NCBI GenBank assembly: GCA_963827235.1
Contig: CAWHAE010000010.1
Span: forward strand, 416,001-480,000
Length of the DNA: 64,000 nt
Source: an uncultured bacterium
GTDB lineage: Bacteria; Chloroflexota; UBA5177; JANWHV01
Direction: 5' to 3'
Within the stretch, counting starts at the first letter, position 1, and each line of letters starts with the position of its first letter. Shown here in pieces: positions 20,703 to 30,228 of this stretch. A model generated the notes under the pieces. That model saw nothing but the letters and a program-made list of their open reading frames with translations. It was not told the origin of the DNA and did no database searches. The position numbers were made by a program, and so were the translations under genes.

Positions 20703-21668
20703 GTGGGCAAGTATCATCCGAGAGGGCCGGTATGTTCGGAAACGACGCAGCGGCTCATGGCGTCCCAGAAGCGGGGGCTCATCCACCAAGTCGGCAAAGT
20801 GCTGCAGAGGCCCCAGTTCTGGTTTGGTTTCACCATACTTGTCCCGCTGATCGCATGGTACTCGGTGGTGTCCTTCTGGTCGGTCATCCAGGCCTTCCGG
20901 ATAGCCCTAATTCACTACCGCCTGCTTGGACCGGGTCGGTTCGTGGGTCTGGACAATTTCCGGGAGCTCTTTGACGATCCGCTCTTCAGTACTGCGCTCA
21001 AGAACAGCGTGGAGTGGGGGATCATTACCGTCCTGGTCGGTATCCCCCTGGCGCTGGCGATCGCACTGTGCCTGGCCAATGTCGCGCATGGGCGCAACCT
21101 GCTCCAGGGACTAGTGTTCGTGCCGGTCGTCGTCCCACTTCTTTCCACCATTCTGATTGCTAAGTACCTGATGGATCCGGTGGTCGGCCCCATAGATGCC
21201 TTGCTGTCCTGGTTCCACCTGCCCACATCCGGTTTCTTGACCGATGGCAACGCAGCCCTGCCCAGCGCCGCGCTATTCGGCACATGGAAGGGCATGGGCG
21301 TCAACGTCGTGATTCTGACGGCAGGGCTCCTGAACATCCCCTCCGAGTTGATCGATGCTTCTCGGATCGATGGCGCAGGAGGATGGGCGCGGCTGCGGCA
21401 CATCACACTACCGCTGGTGCAGCCGACCATCAACCTCGTGGTGATCCTGGGTGTGATAGGAGCCCTGCAAGAGTTCACTATCCCGCAGGTCCTGACCGGC
21501 GGCGGCCCGGCCAACGCGACGCTGACGCTCAACCTGTACATCTATGATCTGGCGTTCCAAAACTTCCAGTTTAGCGTTGCGTCCAGCGCCGCCTTGATAG
21601 AGTTTGCCATCACATTGGTGCTCACGCTTATGACACTACGCCTGACCCGCATGCAGTGGTCTTACTAG
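20703..21668 (+). CDS. Sugar ABC transporter permease (MalF/UgpA-like)
   Basis: FVGLDNF, EAA loop ELIDASRIDGA, LTGGGP; multiple TM segments. Confidence 0.92.
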   Translation: MGKYHPRGPVCSETTQRLMASQKRGLIHQVGKVLQRPQFWFGFTILVPLIAWYSVVSFWSVIQAFRIALIHYRLLGPGRFVGLDNFRELFDDPLFSTALKNSVEWGIITVLVGIPLALAIALCLANVAHGRNLLQGLVFVPVVVPLLSTILIAKYLMDPVVGPIDALLSWFHLPTSGFLTDGNAALPSAALFGTWKGMGVNVVILTAGLLNIPSELIDASRIDGAGGWARLRHITLPLVQPTINLVVILGVIGALQEFTIPQVLTGGGPANATLTLNLYIYDLAFQNFQFSVASSAALIEFAITLVLTLMTLRLTRMQWSY

Positions 21669-21694
21669 TAAATGATGGGGATTGGAACTGATGC

Positions 21695-22593
21695 TTGCGA
21701 GCCGCGCAACTGATCAGTCAGCAGAGGACGAAGGGCATCCGTCCCCACATACGCTACCGGCGCGCCGGAGTAGGCCGCCGCTGCGTCTTGCAGGAGGTTG
21801 GACTGTATGTGGTGTTGGCCATCGGTGTGTTGCTGGCACTGGCTCCATTTGTATGGGCCGTGTTCGGCTCATTCAAGGCTTCAAGGAGCTCATGGAGTCC
21901 CGTGCCTTGATGCCAAAGCATTGGACGCTGGACGCGTACCAGTATGTGACCGGTCTTCCAGGCATATGGATCGGCTTCCGCAACACGGTCATCGTCACGT
22001 TGAGCGTGACGGGGGTGTCGGTCCTTACTTCCACCATGGCCGGGTACGTGTTCGCCAAATATAACTTCCCAGGCAAGGACCTACTGTTTGTAGTACTGCT
22101 CGCCACTCTGATGGTGCCGTTCGTCGTGATCCTGGTTCCTCTGTACATCAGGATCAGCGATTGGGGCCTATCGGACAGCCTGGCCGGCGTGATCGTGACC
22201 GGGTTCTTCTCGACGTTTGGCATCTTCATGATGCGCCAGTTCATGCTGGGCCTCCCGACGGAGCTCATCGAGGCGGCCCGCATCGACGGTGCCTCGGAGT
22301 GGCGCATCTTTACTCAGCTCGTGATACCGCTCTCCGCATCGCCCGCTGCGGCGCTGGGCATCTTCATCTTCCTCGGGACATGGAACGACTATCTGTGGCC
22401 GTTCGTGGTCCTTACCAGCCCGAGCAACCAGACGCTGCCGCTGTTCCTCAGCGGACTGCAGGGATTGTTTATCACGCGCTACGACTACCTGATCGCGGCA
22501 GGGGTATTGTCGTCAATACCGCTGATGGTGGCCTATCTCTTCGGATCGAAGTACATGATCCGTGGCATTGCGATGACCGGGATGAAGTTTTAG
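21695..22593 (+). CDS. Sugar ABC transporter permease (MalG/UgpE-like), frameshift near 21880
   Basis: LAPFVWAVFGSFK in the first frame; then LIEAARIDGASEW, WNDYLWP. Confidence 0.88.
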
Positions 22594-22851
22594 CCAGGCC
22601 GAGTCCGTCAGGTTGCGGCCATGGAATCGTGGCTATAGCTCGGTCCGTCCTGACGGACACAGAGCGCCTTGCAGAAGGGAGTACGGAGGCCTCGTTAGCC
22701 GCAAGCGACCGAAGCGTTGCGCCTCACCCATCCTGGGTATCCGGTCGGAGGGAGAGCTGGTGTGCTGCCTGCGGCAATGTCGGTGGCGGTAATAGCTCTC
22801 AATCAACAACGAAGGTGTCTCTCAAACAGCGATGCTAAGGAGTCAGAGTTC

Positions 22852-23616
22852 ATGATCAGTGTGCGATTAGCCTCGTCGGTGACGCGAAAGACCGTCCTAG
22901 GGGTCGGCCTCATCTGCGCCACCATTCTCGCTGGTGGTGTCGCTCCCCACACGTTCGCCGCTTCCACGCAGGCGGACACCGTAACGACCAGTCCTGTAGC
23001 CTACCACCTGGCAGCGCAGCTTCTATCCGGCCCAAGTGCCGGCTCGACGGTGGCGGGCCAGGTAAGCGGCACGCTGGATAGCACAGGCATCCTCACGGCG
23101 ACGCTGACCCTCGCCAACGGCCTGACCTCAGCGGTGAACGGCACCGCCGGCGCCACCGCAACGTTCAACGTCAAGGGCAAGGCCGGTAACATGACCTTGA
23201 CCGGCGCACTCCTGAACAAGAAGGCCGGCGTTTGGGGCGGCATGGTCGCGCTGGGAACCAGCACCAATGCCGGCGTCTGGACGTTTACGCCCGAGATTCA
23301 AACGGTGACCTTCAGCGTAGGTGGAACGAGCGCGATGGGTAGCGCGGACAAGATTGCGCTGGCCGGACAGCTGACGCTTGAGTTAACCGCCAGCGGATGG
23401 GGTGAAGGCACTTTCGCCTTCCTGAACAACGACACGGTGTACCAGGCCGAGGGTCGTGTCGTGAACGGCAACATGACTGCCACTGTCTTCTGGGCCAAGC
23501 AGGGCGCCGTAATGCTTGTGGCCTCGGGGAAGTCGGCGGTGGGCATAGTCAAGTGGACGGGCACGTTCGTAGGCCCGGCCGCGAAGGACTTCGGAACATT
23601 CGTCGGCGAGGGCTAG
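22852..23616 (+). CDS. Secreted hypothetical protein with two tandem beta-rich repeats
   Basis: AAGGAG RBS; signal peptide ending ..HTFA-AS; alternating Gly/Thr beta-strand pattern. Confidence 0.75.
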   Translation: MISVRLASSVTRKTVLGVGLICATILAGGVAPHTFAASTQADTVTTSPVAYHLAAQLLSGPSAGSTVAGQVSGTLDSTGILTATLTLANGLTSAVNGTAGATATFNVKGKAGNMTLTGALLNKKAGVWGGMVALGTSTNAGVWTFTPEIQTVTFSVGGTSAMGSADKIALAGQLTLELTASGWGEGTFAFLNNDTVYQAEGRVVNGNMTATVFWAKQGAVMLVASGKSAVGIVKWTGTFVGPAAKDFGTFVGEG

Positions 23617-23739
23617 AATTGCCGCGAGCGGTCCGGGCACGCGCTAGTTCCGCCGGTGAGCCTAGCACTCCCTAGACAATCCGGTGGCACTGCACGCGCA
23701 GCGGACGCGGAACGGCCGCTGGGACCTTGGGCCGGAGGC

Positions 23740-23783
23740 CAACAGTAGGTAGGGCCGGTACCCGCCGGCTCTACCTACTGTTG
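23740..23783. terminator. 19-bp stem-loop downstream of the secreted protein gene
   Basis: caacagtaggtagggccgg-tacccg-ccggctctacctactgttg (one G-U pair). Confidence 0.6.
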
Positions 23784-24100
23784 CTATTGCGGCACCAACT
23801 GCAGCGCAAGCTCCAGGGCCGGGAGCAGGCGGTATTCAGGGCCCAATATTGGAACGTGCGAGTTGGCGGAATGTCTCCATCTCTGATGCCGCGGCGGGCG
23901 TCGAAGGCCGAGCAAGATCGCCGGAGCGGTCCCGGCAACGTCCCTGGTCCCGGCTGCCCAGGGGGCATACGTGGAGATATGGAGCACGGGTCCCGGCGGT
24001 GCGGCCAACCGTGGCGCTGCTTCCACGCACGGTCGCGGCAGGCAACTTCAACCGGCACGCGGCTTCCTGATCGTGGTATATCGAGCTGGAGGAAGGACAA

Positions 24101-24958
24101 ATGGACTACGAGGGGTTCAGTCTCACCGGCAAGTACGCGGTCGTTACCGGCGCGGGCGCGAACGGCGGACTCGGGCACGCCATGGCGCTGGGACTGGCCG
24201 AAGCCGGCGCCGACCTGCTGGTCAGCGATATCGATAAGGCAGGCGCCGAAGAGACGGCTCGCGAGATCCGCGATCTTGGTCGCCGTGGTATCGGCGTCGC
24301 ATGCAACAACGCCCGGCGCGAAGACATCATTGCTCTGTTCGGCGTGCTCGATCGGGAGTTCGGCCGCATCGACATTCTGATCAACAACGTGGGGCTCGGC
24401 GTGCGCTTCCGGCCGGAAGAGCTACCTGTCGAGGATTGGCAGCGGGTTCTCGACGTCTCGCTGACCGGTACGTTCCTGTGCTCGATCGAGGCCGGCAGAC
24501 GAATGATTGCTCAGGGCGGCGGCGGAAGCATTATCAACATCGGATCGACCTGCGGCCTGTCGGGCATGGGTCGCGGCAATCTGCCACACAGCGTGGCCAA
24601 GGCGGGAGTCAATCAGCTCACAAAAGAGCTCGCGGTCGAGTGGGGTCCGTATCATATTCGCGTGAACGCGATCGAGCCCGCGCAGATTGCCAACCGGAAC
24701 TGGATGAAGGGCATGACGAGCCTGCCGTGGGATTTTGCCGCCTTCGAACAACACATTCTCGACGGCATTCCGCTTGGGCGCATGGGCAGGGATGAGGATC
24801 TGGTGGGCCCAGCGGTATTCCTTGCTTCCGACGCCGCGGCGTTCGTGAGCGGCCATCTTCTGTTCGTCGATGGCGGCAACATGGCTCTGAACGCTGCCGG
24901 CAGTGTCGCCTGGCCGGCACCGAAGCAGGACGGCGCGCACTCTGCCAGCAGCCGGTAA
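24101..24958 (+). CDS. SDR oxidoreductase (KduD/IdnO-like)
   Basis: GGAGGAAGG RBS; TGAGANGGLG, NNVG; HSVAK in place of YxxxK; LFVDGG. Confidence 0.88.
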   Translation: MDYEGFSLTGKYAVVTGAGANGGLGHAMALGLAEAGADLLVSDIDKAGAEETAREIRDLGRRGIGVACNNARREDIIALFGVLDREFGRIDILINNVGLGVRFRPEELPVEDWQRVLDVSLTGTFLCSIEAGRRMIAQGGGGSIINIGSTCGLSGMGRGNLPHSVAKAGVNQLTKELAVEWGPYHIRVNAIEPAQIANRNWMKGMTSLPWDFAAFEQHILDGIPLGRMGRDEDLVGPAVFLASDAAAFVSGHLLFVDGGNMALNAAGSVAWPAPKQDGAHSASSR

Positions 24959-25272
24959 GGGCGGCGCAGGTGCTATTTGTGGCCGCGGCCGACCGTCCGC
25001 GTTGCTGAGCGATCCTCCGGTGCCGGTTCACGGCCGCAGTCCGGAGTAGTAGCGCGAGGCGGATGAATGACAGATCGGCAGTCCGCAGGCAAGCGGTATG
25101 ACACCGGTGGCGGCTCGGGGTTCGCGGCGCCTTCCGGTGCGAGCGGTGGGAAGTGCTCGAGTCTGCACGCGGGCTTGCCGAGTATCTCCCGGTGGGCGGC
25201 ATGCGGCCGGCACGTTATTTGGCCCCGGCGGCCGGTGCGATGGAACGAGAGCCAAGAAAGGTAGTGCGCCAG

Positions 25273-27015
25273 GTGCCCGAGAGCATTGTGATCGAGAAGA
25301 ACGTCATGGTAGCCATGCCGGATGGCATAGCCCTGGCGACCGACATCTATCGCCCGCGCACGGATGTGCCCCTCCCGGTACTGCTGCAGCGCACGCCATA
25401 TGACAAGGATTTCTCTACCATACCCGACATCGTGCGCATGGCTCGCGCGGGCTACTGCGTGGCTGTGCAGGATACTCGAGGTTGCTTCGCGTCCGAGGGC
25501 ACATTCGAGCCGTTCACGTCCGAGGCGGCGGACGGGGCCGCCTTCATCGACTGGGCGGCGAGCCAGCCCTGGTCGAATGGCACTATCGCTACCTTCGGCG
25601 CGTCGTACGTCGGCGCAACGCAATGGCTAGCCGCCACGCGGGCGCACCAGGCACTGCGAGGCCTCGCACCCCTGGTTACGGCGTCCGACTACCACGAGGG
25701 CTGGACATACCAGGGTGGGGCGTTCGAGATCGGCTTCGCGCTGCACTGGGCCCTCGGCTTTGCGCTCTCGGAGACGCAGCGGCGGATTGCCGGCGGTACC
25801 GCGACGCCCGGCGATCGAGAGCGGATCCTGGATGCCATAGGCTGTATTGACTCGCACTACGAGCGGCACCCTCTCGCCGAGATGCCCGTGCTCGCAGCGA
25901 CTGCTCCGTATTACGGAGAGTGGCTCCGTCACCCCGAGGACGATGCCTACTGGCAACGCATCGCGCCGCGCAAAATGTACGAGCAGATCACGGTGCCGGC
26001 GCTCAACATGGGCGGCTGGTACGACATATTCGCTGGCGGTACGCTGGCGAACTACCGCGGCATGAAGGAGCGAGGAGGCTCGGCACTCGCCCGCTCCGGC
26101 CAGCGACTGATCATGGGACCGTGGGCACATGGAGTCGACGGCGACTGCTTTCCCTGGCAGTACTTCGGGCCCAGGGCCGGCACGCGAGCGGTCACGGTCG
26201 ACCTCGTCGGTGCACAGATTCGATGGTTCGACTACGTCCTCAAAGGCATCGACGACGGAATCAGCCGAGAACCGCCTGTCCAGATATTCGTGATGGGCTC
26301 CAACGCGTGGCGCAAGGAGGCCGACTGGCCGCTGCCCGGTACCATCTACCATCCGTACTACCTGCACAGCAGCGGCAGAGCCAACTCGCTCTCCGGCGAC
26401 GGTACGCTTACCACGACGCCGCCAGCGGACGAGGAGTGCGACGTCTATCTGTACGACCCTCGCCGACCAGTGCCTACCTGCGGCGGTGCCACGCTGCTAA
26501 GCGGACTGTGGGTTGGCGCCAACTCCGGACCGCGTGACCAGCGCACGGTCGAGGTCCGATCAGATGTGCTGTGCTACACGTCGGCTCCGCTCGACCGCGC
26601 CACAGAGGTTACCGGCCACGTCACGCTGCAGGCCTTCGTCTCCTCCACGGCGCGAGACACGGACTTCACGGCCAAGCTCGTCGATGTTTCGCCCGACGGC
26701 ACCGCGACTATCCTGACGGATGGGATCCTGAGAGCGCGCTACCGGGAGTCGCTCGCGACGCCGGTCTTGATGGTCCCTGAGACCGTGTATGACCTGCGGA
26801 TCGACGTGGGAGCCACGGCCAACCTGTTCGCCGCCGGGCACCAGGTCCGGCTGGAGATCTCGAGCAGCAACTTCCCCCGGTTCGACCGCAACACGAATAC
26901 GGGCGGAAAGGTGGCCACGGATCGCCGCGGCGACGTGCTGCAGGCAGTCAACCGTGTCTGGCACGATCGTCTGCACCCTTCCCGGCTGATTCTCCCTGTT
27001 GTCGAGCGGGAGTAG
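25273..27015 (+). CDS. CocE/NonD family serine hydrolase
   Basis: LATDIYRP, RTPY, GASYVG nucleophile, GWYD, GPWAH, SSNFPRFDRN. Confidence 0.92.
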   Translation: MPESIVIEKNVMVAMPDGIALATDIYRPRTDVPLPVLLQRTPYDKDFSTIPDIVRMARAGYCVAVQDTRGCFASEGTFEPFTSEAADGAAFIDWAASQPWSNGTIATFGASYVGATQWLAATRAHQALRGLAPLVTASDYHEGWTYQGGAFEIGFALHWALGFALSETQRRIAGGTATPGDRERILDAIGCIDSHYERHPLAEMPVLAATAPYYGEWLRHPEDDAYWQRIAPRKMYEQITVPALNMGGWYDIFAGGTLANYRGMKERGGSALARSGQRLIMGPWAHGVDGDCFPWQYFGPRAGTRAVTVDLVGAQIRWFDYVLKGIDDGISREPPVQIFVMGSNAWRKEADWPLPGTIYHPYYLHSSGRANSLSGDGTLTTTPPADEECDVYLYDPRRPVPTCGGATLLSGLWVGANSGPRDQRTVEVRSDVLCYTSAPLDRATEVTGHVTLQAFVSSTARDTDFTAKLVDVSPDGTATILTDGILRARYRESLATPVLMVPETVYDLRIDVGATANLFAAGHQVRLEISSSNFPRFDRNTNTGGKVATDRRGDVLQAVNRVWHDRLHPSRLILPVVERE

Positions 27016-27069
27016 AGAGTCTCCTATCCTGTCGTCTCGGTCGGGCGACGGCCAGTGCAGAGGCGGGCA

Positions 27070-27103
27070 GCCCGGCGGGACCGAGCGCCGCGTCCCGCCG
27101 GGC
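27070..27103. terminator. 12-bp inverted repeat between convergent genes
   Basis: gcccggcgggac / gtcccgccgggc. Confidence 0.55.
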
Positions 27104-27118
27104 CGTCGCGCGAGCGTG

Positions 27119-28819
27119 CTAGACTGTTCCGCCGCCCGTACCGGTAGGTACTATGGAGCCTTCCAGGGCGACCGCTTGCTGGAGGTCGGCGGCCGGCGTG
27201 GTCGACGTATACGCTATCACCACGGTCACCAGATGCGAGCCGTCGGAGACTACTCCGATCTGGGCGATGTTACCGTTTGAACAGCTCAGTGTGCCGGTCA
27301 TTCCGCTCATCGACCCTATGGTGAGCGGCTGATAGGAGATCGAAAACTGACTGCAGGACGCACCTCCGAGCTCGCCGGCGATCACGCCGATGCCCTGCTG
27401 AATGTCTGCGTTCGAGAGCGCACCGCTGTACGCTCTTTCTCCGACCGACACGCCGACCGCGTTGTCGGCACTGGCGAAGACGGGGGGATTGTCGTTGACC
27501 CTGATCGAGTTCCAACCGGCCGGGAGGGAGAGGGTATACCCGTCACCGGCATAGCTTGTGCCTCCCGTCGCCGGGGCCGCGGTGGCCGTAGCCGTTGGTG
27601 GAGTGGTTGCCGTTGGGGGTATTGGGGAGGGCGAGCTGGTTGCCGTCGCCGATGCCGTTGCGGTGGCGGTCACGGTTGCCGTTGACGTGGCGGTGGCCGT
27701 TGCCGTGGACGTGGCAGTGGCCGTTGCCGTAGACGTAGCCGTGGCTGTAGGCGTGGCCGTCAAGGTGGGAGGCTGGGCCACCGCCTGGGAGATGTGCTCG
27801 GCTACGATTCCAGCGACCAACCGATTCGCGTCCGCCCGGGTCAAAGAGGCAGGCATGGCGTAGAATTGGCCCTTGCTCGCACCCGCCTTCCCCGTCTTCG
27901 CGCCGGCCGCAGCGTAGACCAGATTGATGCCCTCGACGCCGCCCCGGGTGTCGAGCAGCGGCCCACCGACTGCCGTGGCGTCGAGTCCGGTGGCGTGCTG
28001 AATCCAGATCGCCTCGGTCTGACCGGGCAGGCGGCGATTGACCGCGGAGACGACGCCCAGGTCCGGAGCGGAGGCGGCGCTCTTTGCTGCGTTCGCACCG
28101 ATGCTGACCACGGAGTCTCCCACGTGAAGGGCGAGGGCGTGGCCGTACGAGAGCGCGTGGAGGGTCGTGGGTTGCATGCGGATTACGGCGAGGCCGGCTG
28201 AACTGCCAGCCTTTGCCGTGTCAAGCAGAATGACCTGGGCGGCATACGGCTTTCGGCTCCCGGCGGGTGTCAGGCCGACCAAGGCCGGGCTGACCCTCTG
28301 CAGGAGGTTGGCTCCCGTGAGGACGTATGTGCCTGAAGAGTCCTCCCGCACGACGAAGCCGCTCTCGGAGCGCGCGGTGCCTTTCTGCTTGATGGTGATG
28401 CCGAGCACGCTGGGAGCGGTCTGGCGCACGACACCTCTCACGGCGCTGAGAGCGGTTAACTGGGCCGGGGCCGTGGCGGAGGAAGCGGGCGTGGGGCTGA
28501 CAGACGGTGTGGCTGTGGTCGACACGACGGTTGTCGTGGCCACGACCGTGGCGGTGATAACGCTCGTGGCGCCGGCTGGAACCGTAGGTGTGTAGGCACT
28601 CGTCGCGCTGCCGGTGGGCATGACCGTCGCGAGGGAGGTGCCGGTAGCCGTGGCGGTCGCGGCACTCGTAACTGTAGCTGTCACGCTCAGCTGGCCCGCG
28701 GCGCTCCCGGCAGCGCGGGCATACGTGTGGACGAAGAGAGTGAATGAGAAGACGCACAACGTACCGGCTGCAAGGAAACGCACTACATCAAATGCTAGGC
28801 GACGAAATGGCGAAGTCAT
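27119..28819 (-). CDS. Secreted trypsin/HtrA-fold protein lacking the catalytic triad, with Thr/Ala linkers and a PsbP-like C-terminal domain
   Basis: Signal peptide; SGFVV, VLTGANLL, GLAVIR, VGDSVVSIG, GVVSAVNR, IQH..LDATAVGGPLLD..G.VEGIN; YTLSLPAGW. Confidence 0.8.
   Translation of the reverse strand: MTSPFRRLAFDVVRFLAAGTLCVFSFTLFVHTYARAAGSAAGQLSVTATVTSAATATATGTSLATVMPTGSATSAYTPTVPAGATSVITATVVATTTVVSTTATPSVSPTPASSATAPAQLTALSAVRGVVRQTAPSVLGITIKQKGTARSESGFVVREDSSGTYVLTGANLLQRVSPALVGLTPAGSRKPYAAQVILLDTAKAGSSAGLAVIRMQPTTLHALSYGHALALHVGDSVVSIGANAAKSAASAPDLGVVSAVNRRLPGQTEAIWIQHATGLDATAVGGPLLDTRGGVEGINLVYAAAGAKTGKAGASKGQFYAMPASLTRADANRLVAGIVAEHISQAVAQPPTLTATPTATATSTATATATSTATATATSTATVTATATASATATSSPSPIPPTATTPPTATATAAPATGGTSYAGDGYTLSLPAGWNSIRVNDNPPVFASADNAVGVSVGERAYSGALSNADIQQGIGVIAGELGGASCSQFSISYQPLTIGSMSGMTGTLSCSNGNIAQIGVVSDGSHLVTVVIAYTSTTPAADLQQAVALEGSIVPTGTGGGTV
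27674..27745. repeat. Three imperfect 24-bp tandem repeats encoding an ATATSTAT linker
   Basis: ggttgccgttgacgtggcggtggc / cgttgccgtggacgtggcagtggc / cgttgccgtagacgtagccgtggc. Confidence 0.75.
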
Positions 28820-28953
28820 GACAGGATTCTCTTCCCTTCATGGACGGTCAAGCCCTACGAAACAGCCTGGTTCTCGGGCGCACACAAACGGGCATTGTGC
28901 ACCAGGCAGACGAGGGTCTCGGGCAACCGGTCAACACTGCTGTGACCGCTTCC

Positions 28954-28982
28954 ATTATGATCGTTCGGCAGTGTGAATGCAA
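28954..28982 (-). promoter_or_regulatory. Sigma70-type promoter TTGCAT-17-CATAAT for the secreted trypsin-fold gene
   Basis: Read directly on the - strand. Confidence 0.55.
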
Positions 28983-29343
28983 CGGCTTGATCTTGCTACT
29001 GTCGACAGATAAGCCGCCATGATCGTACCGTGGATGACTCGATGAACCGTTCACTCCCGCGGGTTGCCGGCTCTACGGCGTCGTGGCGTCGCGAGCAGCA
29101 CGTATAGCCGCCGATCCTCGTCCCGCGCTGGTTGCACGTGGGCGAACGTGCTGCGACGCCGGATCGTGGGAGTGTGGCACAGGCGCCGGGCGTCGCTACC
29201 AATCCGGCGGTTGGGAACGTGAGCCTGGCTATCGGGCCCGAATCAGGATACGGCTCGACGCAAGCCGCAGCCAGCGCGGGCTTGCGCCGTCATCTCAGCC
29301 CGGGGGCGGAGGACATGCACGCGCCTGGGGATTTTGGGGGAGG

Positions 29344-30228
29344 CTATCCCTGGCTCTCATCCTCACTCGAGTGAACGACCCCGGCGAGTGCCGCCGCCAT
29401 GTCGCGATCGCCGCCTACCGCGGCGGCACCACGCATCAACATGGCGAGACTCGATTGGCCCTGCTGGAGGTCCAGGCCGTAGTGCCCGCCCATGCGCACG
29501 GCGAGGTTCAGGTCCTTTGCCATGTTCTCCAGACTGAAGCGCGGCTCGAAGTCGCGCGCCGCCATCAAGCCGGCCTTGCCTATCCAGAGCCGCTCCGGCA
29601 AAGTCGAATCCTTGAGCACCCGCACGTAGAGCTGTGGATCGAGTCCGGCGGCCTCGATGAGGGCTATGCCTTCCGCGAGCGCCGCCACCACCCCACCGGT
29701 GACCAGATTGAAGCACAGTTTGAGCCTGGTGCCCTGGCCAAGCTCGCCGACGTAATATGTCCGCTGCCCGAGCGAATCGAGAACCGGCGCCATCTCGGCA
29801 ATTGCCGCCTTGTCGCCGCCGGCCAGAATCCAGAGTGCCCCTGCAGCCGCCTCCACGCGGCTGCCGAGCACCGGGCAGTCGATCACACGGCCGCCCTGGT
29901 CCCGCACCTCACCGTCAAGCCATGCGGTCGTCTCGGGGCCGACGGTGCTCATCTGGATCACCGTGGTGGCCGCAGAAACCGCCGCCAGAAAGCCGTCTGG
30001 GCCTTCGGCAACGCGATGCAAGGCTTCGTCGTTTGCCACCATGACGATCACGGCGGCCGCACCCTGCGCGGCGGCGCGGGGTGACGTCGCGACGGCCGCC
30101 CCTGCCTTCTCCGCGTCGACGGTCCTTGCCGGTGTCCGGTTGTAGACGGTCACGTCATGACCGCCGGCGACCAGACGGAGCGCCATTCCCTGGCCCATGA
30201 TGCCGAGACCCAGCAACGCGACTTTCAT
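29344..30228 (-). CDS. beta-hydroxyacid dehydrogenase family (3HIBDH/LtnD-like)
   Basis: GLGIMG, YNRT, MSTVGP, DCPVLGS, LKLCFN, MAKDL. Confidence 0.9.
   Translation of the reverse strand: MKVALLGLGIMGQGMALRLVAGGHDVTVYNRTPARTVDAEKAGAAVATSPRAAAQGAAAVIVMVANDEALHRVAEGPDGFLAAVSAATTVIQMSTVGPETTAWLDGEVRDQGGRVIDCPVLGSRVEAAAGALWILAGGDKAAIAEMAPVLDSLGQRTYYVGELGQGTRLKLCFNLVTGGVVAALAEGIALIEAAGLDPQLYVRVLKDSTLPERLWIGKAGLMAARDFEPRFSLENMAKDLNLAVRMGGHYGLDLQQGQSSLAMLMRGAAAVGGDRDMAAALAGVVHSSEDESQG

Noticed and set aside
27600-27770. Periodic repeats considered as a CRISPR array
   Set aside because: No unique spacers; in-frame Thr/Ala coding repeats; no cas genes
29083-29340. ORFs in the 28.8-29.3 kb, 23.7-24.1 kb and 13.6-14.1 kb gaps
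   Set aside because: No RBS, atypical composition and no recognisable motifs; treated as non-coding
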